Assembly: GCA_964057225.1 (NCBI GenBank)
Contig: CAXKVF010000073.1
Location: 558,001 to 622,000, forward strand
Direction of reading: 5' to 3'
DNA: 64,000 nt
Source: Auanema rhodensis
Lineage: Eukaryota; Animalia; Nematoda
Shown: one piece after another, positions 34,701 to 49,700 of the stretch
Layout of the letters: every line of letters begins with the position of its first letter
How positions within the stretch are numbered: position 1 is the first letter of the stretch
The notes under the pieces: generated by a model
Seen by the model: the letters and a program-made list of their open reading frames with translations, nothing else
Databases searched by the model: none
What the model was told of the DNA's origin: nothing
Position numbers and translations under genes: made by a program

Positions 34701-37700
34701 AGCATAAATTAAAGTTCACGTAAATTTCAAAGTCATGGTTACCATGCACCAATATCAATAAAAATTTGTTTTTAGACTAATATGGACATGGGGAATCTAA
34801 TTTTGAAAACCTCATCTCTTTATCTTTCACGTGAAGCGAGTTACATACCAAGTGCACATCACGTGTACATTTAATTAGCATAAATTAAAGTTCACGTAAA
34901 TTTCAAAGTCATGGTTACCATGAACCAATATCAATAAAAATTTGTTTTTAGACTAATATGGACATGGGGAATCTAATTTTGAAAACCGCATCTCTTTATC
35001 TTTCACGTGAAGCGAGTTACATACCAAGTGCACATCACGTGTACATTTAATTAGCATAAATTAAAGTTCACGTAACTTTCAAAGTCATGGTTACCATGCA
35101 CCAATATCAATAAAAATTTGTTTTTAGACTAATATGGACATGGGGAATCTAATTTTGAAAACCGCATCTCTTTATCTTTCACGTGAAGCGAGTTACATAC
35201 TAAGTGCACATCACGTTTACATTTAATTAGCATAAATTAAAGTTCACGTAAATTTCAAAGTCATGGTTACCATGCACCAATATCAATAAAAATTTGTTTT
35301 TAGACTAATATGGACATGGGGAATCTAATTTTGAAAACCGCATCTCTTTATCTTTCACGTGAAGCGAGTTACATACCAAGTGCACATCACGTGTACATTT
35401 AATTAGCATAAATTAAAGTTCACGTAAATTTCAAAGTCATGGTTACCATGAACCAATATCAATAAAAATTTGTTTTTAGACTAATATGGACATGGGGAAT
35501 CTGATTTTGAAAACCGCATCTCTTTATCTTTCACGTGAAGCGAGTTACATACCAAGTGCACATCACGTGTACATTTAATTAGCATAAATTAAAGTTCACG
35601 TAAATTTCAAAGTCATGGTTACCATGCACCAATATCAATAAAAATTTGTTTTTAAACTAATATGGACATGGGGAATCCAATTTTGAAAACCGCATCTCTT
35701 TATCTTTCACGTGAAGCGAGTTACATACCAAGTGCACATCACGTGTACATTTAATTAGCATAAATTAAAGTTCACGTAAATTTCAAAGTCATGGTTACCA
35801 TGCACCAATATCAATAAAAATTTGTTTTTAGACTAATATGGACATGGGGAATCTAATTTTGAAAACCGCATCTCTTTATCTTTCACGTGAAGCGAGTTAC
35901 ATACCAAGTGCACATCACGTGTACATTTAATTAGCATAAATTAAAGTTCACGTAAATTTCAAAGTCATGGTTACCATGAACCAATATCAATAAAAATTTG
36001 TTTTTAGACTAATATGGACATGGGGAATCTAATTTTGAAAACCGCATCTCTTTATCTTTCACGTGAAGCGAGTTACATACCAAGTGCACATCACGTGTAC
36101 ATTTAATTAGCATAAATTAAAGTTCACGTAAATTTCAAAGTCATGGTTACCATGCACCAATATCAATAAAAATTTGTTTTTAGACTAATATGGACATGGG
36201 GAATCTAATTTTGAAAACCGCATCTCTTTATCTTTCACGTGAAGCGAGTTACATACCAAGTGCACATCACGTGTACATTTAATTAGCATAAATTAAAGTT
36301 CACGTAAATTTCAAAGTCATGGTTACCATGCACCAATATCAATAAAAATTTGTTTTTAGACTAATATGGACATGGGGAATCTAATTTTGAAAACCGCATC
36401 TCTTTATCTTTCACGTGAAGCGAGTTACATACCAAGTGCACATCACGTGTACATTTAATTAGCATAAATTAAAGTTCACGTAAATTTCAAAGTCATGGTT
36501 ACCATGAACCAATATCAATAAAAATTTGTTTTTAGACTAATATGGACATGGGGAATCTAATTTTGAAAACCGCATCTCTTTATCTTTCACGTGAAGCGAG
36601 TTACATACCAAGTGCACATCACGTATACATTTAATTAGCATAAATTAAAGTTCACGTAAATATCAAAGTCATGGTTACCATGCACCAATATCAATAAAAA
36701 TTTGTTTTTAGACTAATATGGACATGGGGAATCTAATTTTGAAAACCGCATTTCTTTATCTTTCACGTGAAGCGAGTTACATACCAAGTGCACATCACGT
36801 GTACATTTAATTAGCATAAATTAAAGTTCACGTAAATTTCAAAGTCATGGTTACCAAGCACCAATATCAATAAAAATTTGTTTTTAGACTAATATGGACA
36901 TGGGGAATCTAATTTTGAAAACCGCATCTCTTTATCTTTCACGTGAAGCGAGTTACATACCAAGTGCACATCACGTGTACATTTAATTAGCATAAATTAA
37001 AGTTCACGTAAATTTCAAAGTCATGGTTACCATGCACCAATATCAATAAAAATTTGTTTTTAGACTAATATGGACATGGGGAATCTAATTTTGAAAACCG
37101 CATCTCTTTATCTTTCACGTGAAGCGAGTTACAAACCAAGTGCACATCACGTGTACATTTAATTAGCATAAATTAAAGTTCACGTAAATTTCAAAGTCAT
37201 GGTTACCATGAACCAATATCAATAAAAATTTGTTTTTAGACTAATATGGACATGGGGAATCTAATTTTGAAAACCGCATCTCTTTATCTTTCACGTGAAG
37301 CGAGTTACATACCAAGTGCACATCACGTATACATTTAATTAGCATAAATTAAAGTTCACGTAAATTTCAAAGTCATGGTTACCATGAACCAATATCAATA
37401 AAAATTTGTTTTTAGACTAATATGGACATGGGGAATCTAATTTTGAAAACCGCATCTCTTTATCTTTCACGTGAAGCGAGTTACATACCAAGTGCACATC
37501 ACGTGTACATTTAATTAGCATAAATTAAAGTTCACGTAAATTTCAAAGTCATGGTTACCATGCACCAATATCAATAAACATTTGTTTTTAGACTAATATG
37601 GACATGGGGAATCTAATTTTGAAAACCGCATCTCTTTATCTTTCACGTGAAGCGAGTTACATACCAAGTGCACATCACGTGTACATTTAATTAGCATAAA

Positions 37701-40700
37701 TTAAAGTTCACGTAAATTTCAAAGTCATGGTTACCATGCACCAATATCAATAAAAATTTGTTTTTAGACTAATATGGACATGGGGAATCTAATTTTGAAA
37801 ACCGCATCTCTTCATCTTTCACGTGAAGCGAGTTACATACCAAGTGCACATCACGTGTACATTTAATTAGCATAAATTAAAGTTCACGTAAATTTCAAAG
37901 TCATGGTTACCATGCACCAATATCAATAAAAATTTGTTTTTAGACTAATATGGACATGGGGAATCTAATTTTGAAAACCGCATCTCTTTATCTTTCACGT
38001 GAAGCGAGTTACATACCAAGTGCACAGCACGTGTACATTTAATTAGCATAAATTAAAGTTCACGTAAATTTCAAAGTCATGGTTACCATGAACCAATATC
38101 AATAAAAATTTGTTTTTAGACTAATATGGACATGGAGAATCTAATTTTGAAAACCGCATCTCTTTATCTTTCACGTGAAGCGAGTTACATACCAAGTGCA
38201 CATCACGTGTACATTTAATTAGCATAAATTAAAGTTCACGTAAATTTCAAAGTCATGGTTACCATGAACCAATATCAATAAAAATTTGTTTTTAGACTAA
38301 TATGGACATGGGGAATCTAATTTTGAAAACCGCATCTCTTCATCTTTCACGTGAAGCGAGTTACATACCAAGTGCACATCACGTGTACATTTAATTAGCA
38401 TAAATTAAAGTTCACGTAAATTTCAAAGTCTTGGTTACCATGCACCAATATCAATAAAAATTTGTTTTTAGACTAATATGGACATGGGGAATCTAATTTT
38501 GAAAACCGCATCTCTTTATCTTTCACGTGAAGCGAGTTACATACCAAGTGCACATCACGTGTACATTTAATTAGCATAAATTAAAGTTCACGTAAATTTC
38601 AAAGTCATGGTTACCATGAACCAATATCAATAAAAATTTGTTTTTAGACTAATATGGACATGGGGAATCTAATTTTGAAAACCGCATTTCTTTATCTTTC
38701 ACGTGAAGCGAGTTACATACCAAGTGCACATCACGTGTACATTTAATTAGCATAAATTAAAGTTCACGTAAATTTCAAAGTCATGGTTACCATGAACAAA
38801 TATCAATAAAAATTTGTTTTTAGACTAATATGGACATGGGGAATCTAATTTTGAAAACCGCATCTCTTCATCTTTCACGTGAAGCGAGTTACATACCAAG
38901 TGCACATCACGTGTACATTTAATTAGCATAAATTAAAGTTCACGTAAATTTCAAAGTCATGGTTACCATGCACCAATATCAATAAAAATTTGTTTTTAGA
39001 CTAATATGGACATGGGGAATCTAATTTTGAAAACCGCATCTCTTTATCTTTCACGTGAAGCGAGTTACATACCAAGTGCACATCACGTGTACATTTAATT
39101 AGCATAAATTAAAGTTCACGTAAATTTCAAAGTCATGGTTACCATGCACCAATATCAATAAAAATTTGTTTTTAGACTAATATGGACATGGGGAATCTAA
39201 TTTTGAAAACCGCATCTCTTTATCTTTCACGTGAAGCGAGTTACATACCAAGTGCACATCACGTGTACATTTAATTAGCATAAATTAAAGTTCACGTAAA
39301 TTTCAAAGTCATGGTTACCATGCACCAATATCAATAAAAATTCGTTTTTAGACTAATATGGACATGGGGAATCTAATTTTGAAAACCGCATCTCTTTATC
39401 TTTCACGTGAAGCGAGTTACATACCAAGTGCACATCACGTGTACATTTAATTAGCATAAATTAAAGTTCACGTAAATTTCAAAGTCATGGTTACCATGCA
39501 CCAATATCAATAAAAATTTGTTTTTAGACTAATATGGACATGGGGAATCTAATTTTGAAAACCGCATCTCTTTATCTTTCACGTGAAGCGAGTTACATAC
39601 CAAGTGCACATCACGTGTACATTTAATTAGCATAAATTAAAGTTCACGTAAATTTCAAAGTCATGGTTACCATGAACCAATATCAATAAAAATTTGTTTT
39701 TAGACTAATATGGACATGGAGAATCTAATTTTGAAAACCGCATCTCTTTATCTTTCACGTGAAGCGAGTTACATACCAAGTGCACATCACGTGTACATTT
39801 AATTAGCATAAATTAAAGTTCACGTAAATTTCAAAGTCATGGTTACCATGAACCAATATCAATAAAAATTCGTTTTTAGACTAATATGGACATGGGGAAT
39901 CTAATTCTGAAAACCGCATCTCTTCATCTTTCACGTGAAGCGAGTTACATACCAAGTGCACATCACGTGTACATTTAATTAGCATAAATTAAAGTTCACG
40001 TAAATTTCAAAGTCATGGTTACCATGCACCAATATCAATAAAAATTTGTTTTTAGACTAATATGGACATGGGGAATCTAATTTTGAAAACCGCATCTCTT
40101 TATCTTTCACGTGAAGCGAGTTACATACCAAGTGCACATCACGTGTACATTTAATTAGCATAAATTAAAGTTCACGTAAATTTCAAAGTCATGGTTACCA
40201 TGAACCAATATCAATAAAAATTTGTTTTTAGACTAATATGGACATGGGGAATCTAATTTTGAAAACCGCATCTCTTTATCTTTCACGTGAAGCGAGTTAC
40301 ATACCAAGTGCACATCACGTGTACATTTAATTAGCATAAATTAAAGTTCACGTAAATTTCAAAGTCATGGTTACCATGAACCAATATCAATAAAAATTTG
40401 TTTTTAGACTAATATGGACATGGGGAATCTAATTTTGAAAACCGCATCTCTTTATCTTTCACGTGAAGCGAGTTACATACCAAGTGCACATCACGTGTAC
40501 ATTTAATTAGCATAAATTAAAGTTCACGTAAATTTCAAAGTCATGGTTACCATGCACCAATATCAATAAAAATTTGTTTTTAGACTAATATGGACATGGG
40601 GAATCTAATTTTGAAAACCGCATCTCTTTATCTTTCACGTGAAGCGAGTTACATACCAAGTGCACAGCACGTGTACATTTAATTAGCATAAATTAAAGTT

Positions 40701-43700
40701 CACGTAAATTTCAAAGTCATGGTTACCATGCACCAATATCAATAAAAATTTGTTTTTAGACTAATATGGACATGGGGAATCTAATTTTGAAAACCGCATC
40801 TCTTTTTCTTTCACGTGAAGCGAGTTACATACCAAGTGCACATCACGTGTACATTTAATTAGCATAAATTAAAGTTCACGTAAATTTCAAAGTCATGGTT
40901 ACCATGCACCAATATCAATAAAAATTTGTTTTTAGACTAATATGGACATGGGGAATCTAATTTTGAAAACCGCATCTCTTTATCTTTCACGTGAAGCGAG
41001 TTACATACCAAGTGCACATCACGTGTACATTTAATTAGCATAAATTAAAGTTCACGTAAATTTCAAAGTCATGGTTACCATGCACCAATATCAAAAAAAA
41101 TTTGTTTTTAGACTAATATGGACATGGGGAATCTAATTTTGAAAACCGCATCTCTTTATCTTTCACGTGAAGCGAGTTACATACCAAGTGCACATTACGT
41201 GTACATTTAATTAGCATAAATTAAAGTTCACGTAAATTTCAAAGTCATGGTTACCATGCACCAATATCAATAAAAATTTGTTTTTAGACTAATATGGACA
41301 TGGGGAATCTAATTTTGAAAACCGCATCTCTTTATCTTTCACGTGAAGCGAGTTACATACCAAGTGCACATCACGTGTACATTTAATTAGCATAAATTAA
41401 AGTTCACGTAAATTTCAAAGTCATGGTTACCATGCACCAATATCAATAAAAATTTGTTTTTAGACTAATATGGACATGGGGAATCTAATTTTGAAAACCG
41501 CATCTCTTTATCTTTCACGTGAAGCGAGTTACATACCAAGTGCACATCACGTGTACATTTAATTAGCATAAATTAAAGTTCACGTAAATTTCAAAGTCAT
41601 GGTTACCATGCACCAATATCAATAAAAATTTGTTTTTAGACTAATATGGACATGGGGAATCTAATTTTGAAAACCGCATCTCTTTATCTTTCACGTGAAG
41701 CGAGTTACATACCAAGTGCACATCACGTGTACATTTAATTAGCATAAATTAAAGTTCACGTAAATTTCAAAGTCATGGTTACCATGCACCAATATCAATA
41801 AAAATTTGTTTTTAGACTAATATGGACATGGGGAATCTAATTTTGAAAACCGCATCTCTTTATCTTTCACGTGAAGCGAGTTACATACCAAGTGCACATC
41901 ACGTGTACATTTAATTAGCATAAATTAAAGTTCACGTAAATTTCAAAGTCATGGTTACCATGCACCAATATCAATAAAAATTTGTTTTTAGACTAATATG
42001 GACATGGGGAATCTAATTTTGAAAACCGCATCTCTTTATCTTTCACGTGAAGCGAGTTACATACCAAGTGCACATCACGTGTACATTTAATTAGCATAAA
42101 TTAAAGTTCACGTAAATTTCAAAGTCATGGTTACCATGCACCAATATCAATAAAAATTTGTTTTTAGACTAATATGGACATGGGGAATCTAATTTTGAAA
42201 ACCGCATCTCTTTATCTTTCACGTGAAGCGAGTTACATACCAAGTGCACATCACGTGTACATTTAATTAGCATAAATTAAAGTTCACGTAAATTTCAAAG
42301 TCATGGTTACCATGCACCAATATCAATAAAAATTTGTTTTTAGACTAATATGGACATGGGGAATCTAATTTTGAAAACCGCATCTCTTTATCTTTCACGT
42401 GAAGCGAGTTACATACCAAGTGCACATCACGTGTACATTTAATTAGCATGAATTAAAGTTCACGTAAATTTCAAAGTCATGGTTACCATGCACCAATATC
42501 AATAAAAATTTGTTGTTAGACTAATATGGACATGGGGAATCTAATTTTGAAAACCGCATCTCTTTATCTTTCACGTGAAGCGAGTTACATACCAAGTGCA
42601 CATCACGTGTACATTTAATTAGCATAAATTAAAGTTCACGTAAATTTCAAAGTCATGGTTACCATGCACCAATATCAATAAAAATTTGTTTTTAGACTAA
42701 TATGGACATGGGGAATCTAATTTTGAAAACCGCATCTCTTTATCTTTCACGTGAAGCGAGTTACATACCAAGTGCACATCACGTGTACAATTAATTAGCA
42801 TAAATTAAAGTTCACGTAAATTTCAAAGTCATGGTTACCATGAAGCAATATCAATAAAAATTTGTTTTTAGACTAATATGGACATGGGGAATCTAATTTT
42901 GAAAACCGCATCTCTTTATCTTTCACGTGAAGCGAGTTACATACCAAGTGCACATCACGTGTACATTTAATTAGCATAAATTAAAGTTCACGTAAATTTC
43001 AAAGTCATGGTTACCATGAACCAATATCAATAAAAATTTGTTTTTAGACTAATATGGACATGGGGAATCTAATTTTGAAAACCGCATCTCTTTATCTTTC
43101 ACGTGAAGCGAGTTACATACCAAGTGCACATCACGTGTACATTTAATTAGCATAAATTAAAGTTCACGTAAATTTCAAAGTCATGGTTACCATGAACCAA
43201 TATCAATAAAAATTTGTTTTTAGACTAATATGGACATGGGGAATCTAATTTTGAAAACCGCATCTCTTTATCTTTCACGTGAAGCGAGTTACATACCAAG
43301 TGCACATCACGTGTACATTTAATTAGCATAAATTAAAGTTCACGTAAATTTCAAAGTCATGGTTACCATGAACCAATATCAATAAAAATTTGTTTTTAGA
43401 CTAATATGGACATGGGGAATCTAATTTTGAAAACCGCATCTCTTTATCTTTCACGTGAAGCGAGTTACATACCAAGTGCACATCACGTGTACATTTAATT
43501 AGCATAAATTAAAGTTCACGTAAATTTCAAAGTCATGGTTACCATGCACCAATATCAATAAAAATTTGTTTTTAGACTAATATGGACATGGGGAATCTAA
43601 TTTTGAAAACCGCATCTCTTTTTCTTTCACGTGAAGCGAGTTACATACCAAGTGCACATCACGTGTACATTTAATTAGCATAAATTAAAGTTCACGTAAA

Positions 43701-46700
43701 TTTCAAAGTCATGGTTACCATGCACCAATATCAATAAAAATTTGTTTTTAGACTAATATGGACATGGGGAATCTAATTTTGAAAACCGCATCTCTTTTTC
43801 TTTCACGTGAAGCGAGTTACATACCAAGTGCACATCACGTGTACATTTAATTAGCATAAATTAAAGTTCACGTAAATTTCAAAGTCATGGTTACCATGAA
43901 GCAATATCAATAAAAATTTGTTTCTAGACTAAGATGGACATGGGGAATCTAATTTTGAAAACCGCATCTCTTTATCTTTCACGTGAAGCGAGTTACATAC
44001 CAAGTGCACATCACGTGTACATTTAATTAGCATAAATTAAAGTTCACGTAAATTTCAAAGTCATGGTTACCATGCACCAATATCAATAAAAATTTGTTTT
44101 TAGACTAATATGGACATGGGGAATCTAATTTTGAAAACCGCATCTCTTTATCTTTCACGTGAAGCGAGTTACATACCAAGTGCACATCACGTGTACATTT
44201 AATTAGCATAAATTAAAGTTCACGTAAATTTCAAAGTCATGGTTACCATGAACCAATATCAATAAAAATTTGTTTTTAGACTAATATGGACATGGAGAAT
44301 CTAATTTTGAAAACCGCATCTTTTTATCTTTCACGTGAAGCGAGTTACATACCAAGTGCACATCACGTGTACATTTAATTAGCATAAATTAAAGTTCACG
44401 TAAATTTCAAAGTCATGGTTACCATGCACCAATATCAATAAAAATTTGTTTTTAGACTAATATGGACATGGGGAATCTAATTTTGAAAACCGCATCTCTT
44501 TATCTTTCACGTGAAGCGAGTTACATACCAAGTGCACATCACGTGTACAATTAATTAGCATAAATTAAAGTTCACGTAAATTTCAAAGTCATGGTTACCA
44601 TGAAGCAATATCAATAAAAATTTGTTTTTAGACTAATATGGACATGGGGAATCTAATTTTGAAAACCACATCTCTTTATCTTTCACGTGAAGCGAGTTAC
44701 ATACCAAGTGCACATCACGTGTACATTTAATTAGCATAAATTAAAGTTCACGTAAATTTCAAAGTCATGGTTACCATGAAGCAATATCAATAAAAATTTG
44801 TTTTTAGACTAATATGGACATGGGGAATCTAATTTTGAAAACCGCATCTCTTTATCTTTCACGTGAAGCGAGTTACATACCAAGTGCACATCACGTGTAC
44901 ATTTAATTAGCATAAATTAAAGTTCACGTAAATTTCAAAGTCATGGTTACCATGAACTAATATCAATAAAAATTTGTTTTTAGACTAATATGGACATGGG
45001 GAATCTAATTTTGAAAACCGCATCTCTTTATCTTTCACGTGAAGCGAGTTACATACCAAGTGCACATCACGTGTACATTTAATTAGCATAAATTAAAGTT
45101 CACGTAAATTTCAAAGTCATGGTTACCATGAACCAATATCAATAAAAATTTGTTTTTAGACTAATATGGACATGGGGAATCTAATTTTGAAAACCGCATC
45201 TCTTTATCTTTCACGTGAAGCGAGTTACATACCAAGTGCACATCACGTGTACATTTAATTAGCATAAATTAAAGTTCACGTAAATTTCAAAGTCATGGTT
45301 ACCATGAACCAATATCAATAAAAATTTGTTTTTAGACTAATATGGACATGGGGAATCTAATTTTGAAAACCGCATCTCTTTATCTTTCACGTGAAGCGAG
45401 TTACATACCAAGTGCACATCACGTGTACATTTAATTAGCATAAATTAAAGTTCACGTAAATTTCAAAGTCATGGTTACCATGAACCAATATCAATAAAAA
45501 TTTGTTTTTAGACTAATATGGACATGGGGAATCTAATTTTGAAAACCGCATCTCTTTATCTTTCACGTGAAGCGAGTTACATACCAAGTGCACATCACGT
45601 GTACATTTAATTAGCATAAATTAAAGTTCACGTAAATTTCAAAGTCATGGTTACCATGCACCAATATCAATAAAAATTTGTTTTTAGACTAATATGGACA
45701 TGGGGAATCTAATTTTGAAAACCGCATCTCTTTTTCTTTCACGTGAAGCGAGTTACATACCAAGTGCACATCACGTGTACATTTAATTAGCATAAATTAA
45801 AGTTCACGTAAATTTCAAAGTCATGGTTACCATGCACCAATATCAATAAAAATTTGTTTTTAGACTAATATGGACATGGGGAATCTAATTTTGAAAACCG
45901 CATCTTTTTATCTTTCACGTGAAGCGAGTTACATACCAAGTGCACATCACGTGTACATTTAATTAGCATAAATTAAAGTTCACGTAAATTTCAAAGTCAT
46001 GGTTACCATGCACCAATATTAATAAAAATTTGTTTTTAGACTAATATGGACATGGGGAATCTAATTTTGAAAACCGCATCTCTTTTTCTTTCACGTGAAG
46101 CGAGTTACATACCAAGTGCACATCACGTGTACATTTAATTAGCATAAATTAAAGTTCACGTAAATTTCAAAGTCATGGTTACCATGCACCAATATCAATA
46201 AAAATTTGTTTTTAGACTAATATGGACATGGGGAATCTAATTTTGAAAACCGCATCTCTTTTTCTTTCACGTGAAGCGAGTTACATACCAAGTGCACATC
46301 ACGTGTACATTTAATTAGCATAAATTAAAGTTCACGTAAATTTCAAAGTCATGGTTACCATGAAGCAATATCAATAAAAATTTGTTTCTAGACTAAGATG
46401 GACATGGGGAATCTAATTTTGAAAACCGCATCTCTTTATCTTTCACGTGAAGCGAGTTACATACCAAGTGCACATCACGTGTACATTTAATTAGCATAAA
46501 TTAAAGTTCACGTAAATTTCAAAGTCATGGTTACCATGCACCAATATCAATAAAAATTTGTTTTTAGACTAATATGGACATGGGGAATCTAATTTTGAAA
46601 ACCGCATCTCTTTATCTTTCACGTGAAGCGAGTTACATACCAAGTGCACATCACGTGTACATTTAATTAGCATAAATTAAAGTTCACGTAAATTTCAAAG

Positions 46701-49700
46701 TCATGGTTACCATGAACCAATATCAATAAAAATTCGTTTTTAGACTAATATGGACATGGGGAATCTAATTCTGAAAACCGCATCTCTTCATCTTTCACGT
46801 GAAGCGAGTTACATACCAAGTGCACATCACGTGTACATTTAATTAGCATAAATTAAAGTTCACGTAAATTTCAAAGTCATGGTTACCATGCACCAATATC
46901 AATAAAAATTTGTTTTTAGACTAATATGGACATGGGGAATCTAATTTTGAAAACCGCATCTCTTTATCTTTCACGTGAAGCGAGTTACATACCAAGTGCA
47001 CATCACGTGTACATTTAATTAGCATAAATTAAAGTTCACGTAAATTTCAAAGTCATGGTTACCATGAACCAATATCAATAAAAATTTGTTTTTAGACTAA
47101 TATGGACATGGGGAATCTAATTTTGAAAACCGCATCTCTTTATCTTTCACGTGAAGCGAGTTACATACCAAGTGCACATCACGTGTACATTTAATTAGCA
47201 TAAATTAAAGTTCACGTAAATTTCAAAGTCATGGTTACCATGAACTAATATCAATAAAAATTTGTTTTTAGACTAATATGGACATGGGGAATCTAATTTT
47301 GAAAACCGCATCTCTTCATCTTTCACGTGAAGCGAGTTACATACCAAGTGCACATCACGTGTACATTTAATTAGCATAAATTAAAGTTCACGTAAATTTC
47401 AAAGTCATGGTTACCATGAACCAATATCGATAAAAATTTGTTTTTAGACTAATATGGACATGGGGAATCTAATTTTGAAAACCGCATCTCTTCATCTTTC
47501 ACGTGAAGCGAGTTACATACCAAGTGCACATCACGTGTACATTTAATTAGCATAAATTAAAGTTCACGTAAATTTCAAAGTCATGGTTACCATGCACCAA
47601 TATCAATAAAAATTTGTTTTTAGACTAATATGGACATGGGGAATCTAATTTTGAAAACCGCATCTCTTTTTCTTTCACGTGAAGCGAGTTACATACCAAG
47701 TGCACATCACGTGTACATTTAATTAGCATAAATTAAAGTTCACGTAAATTTCAAAGTCATGGTTACCATGCACCAATATCAATAAAAATTTGTTTTTAGA
47801 CTAATATGGACATGGGGAATCTAATTTTGAAAACCGCATCTCTTTATCTTTCACGTGAAGCGAGTTACATACCAAGTGCACATCACGTGTACATTTAATT
47901 AGCATAAATTAAAGTTCACGTAAATTTCAAAGTCATGGTTACCATGCACCAATATCAATAAAAATTTGTTTTTAGACTAATATGGACATGGGGAATCTAA
48001 TTTTGAAAACCGCATCTCTTTATCTTTCACGTGAAGCGAGTTACATACCAAGTGCACATCACGTGTACATTTAATTAGCATAAATTAAAGTTCACGTAAA
48101 TTTCAAAGTCATGGTTACCATGCACCAATATCAATAAAAATTTGTTTTTAGACTAATATGGACATGGGGAATCTAATTTTGAAAACCGCATCTCTTTATC
48201 TTTCACGTGAAGCGAGTTACATACCAAGTGCACATCACGTGTACATTTAATTAGCATAAATTAAAGTTCACGTAAATTTCAAAGTCATGGTTACCATGCA
48301 CCAATATCAATAAAAATTTGTTTTTAGACTAATATGGACATGGGGAATCTAATTTTGAAAACCGCATCTCTTTATCTTTCACGTGAAGCGAGTTACATAC
48401 CAAGTGCACATCACGTGTACATTTAATTAGCATAAATTAAAGTTCACGTAAATTTCAAAGTCATGGTTACCATGCACCAATATCAATAAAAATTTGTTTT
48501 TAGACTAATATGGACATGGGGAATCTAATTTTGAAAACCGCATCTCTTTATCTTTCACGTGAAGCGAGTTACATACCAAGTGCACATCACGTGTACATTT
48601 AATTAGCATAAATTAAAGTTCACGTAAATTTCAAAGTCATGGTTACCATGCACCAATATCAATAAAAATTTGTTTTTAGACTAATATGGACATGGGGAAT
48701 CTAATTTTGAAAACCGCATCTCTTTATCTTTCACGTGAAGCGAGTTACATACCAAGTGCACATCACGTGTACATTTAATTAGCATAAATTAAAGTTCACG
48801 TAAATTTCAAAGTCATGGTTACCATGCACCAATATCAATAAAAATTTGTTTTTAGACTAATATGGACATGGGGAATCTAATTTTGAAAACCGCATCTCTT
48901 TATCTTTCACGTGAAGCGAGTTACATACCAAGTGCACATCACGTGTACATTTAATTAGCATAAATTAAAGTTCACGTAAATTTCAAAGTCATGGTTACCA
49001 TGCACCAATATCAATAAAAATTTGTTTTTAGACTAATATGGACATGGGGAATCTAATTTTGAAAACCACATCTCTTTATCTTTCACGTGAAGCGAGTTAC
49101 ATACCAAGTGCACATCACGTGTACATTTAATTAGCATAAATTAAAGTTCACGTAAATTTCAAAGTCATGGTTACCATGCACCAATATCAATAAAAATTTG
49201 TTTTTAGACTAATATGGACATGGGGAATCTAATTTTGAAAACCGCATCTCTTTATCTTTCACGTGAAGCGAGTTACATACCAAGTGCACATCACGTGTAC
49301 ATTTAATTAGCATAAATTAAAGTTCACGTAAATTTCAAAGTCATGGTTACCATGAACCAATATCAATAAAAATTTGTTTTTAGACTAATATGGACATGGG
49401 GAATCTAATTTTGAAAACCGCATCTCTTTATCTTTCACGTGAAGCGAGTTACATACCAAGTGCACATCACGTGTACATTTAATTAGCATAAATTAAAGTT
49501 CACGTAAATTTCAAAGTCATGGTTACCATGAACTAATATCAATAAAAATTTGTTTTTAGACTAATATGGACATGGGGAATCTAATTTTGAAAACCGCATC
49601 TCTTTATCTTTCACGTGAAGCGAGTTACATACCAAGTGCACATCACGTGTACATTTAATTAGCATAAATTAAAGTTCACGTAAATTTCAAAGTCATGGTT

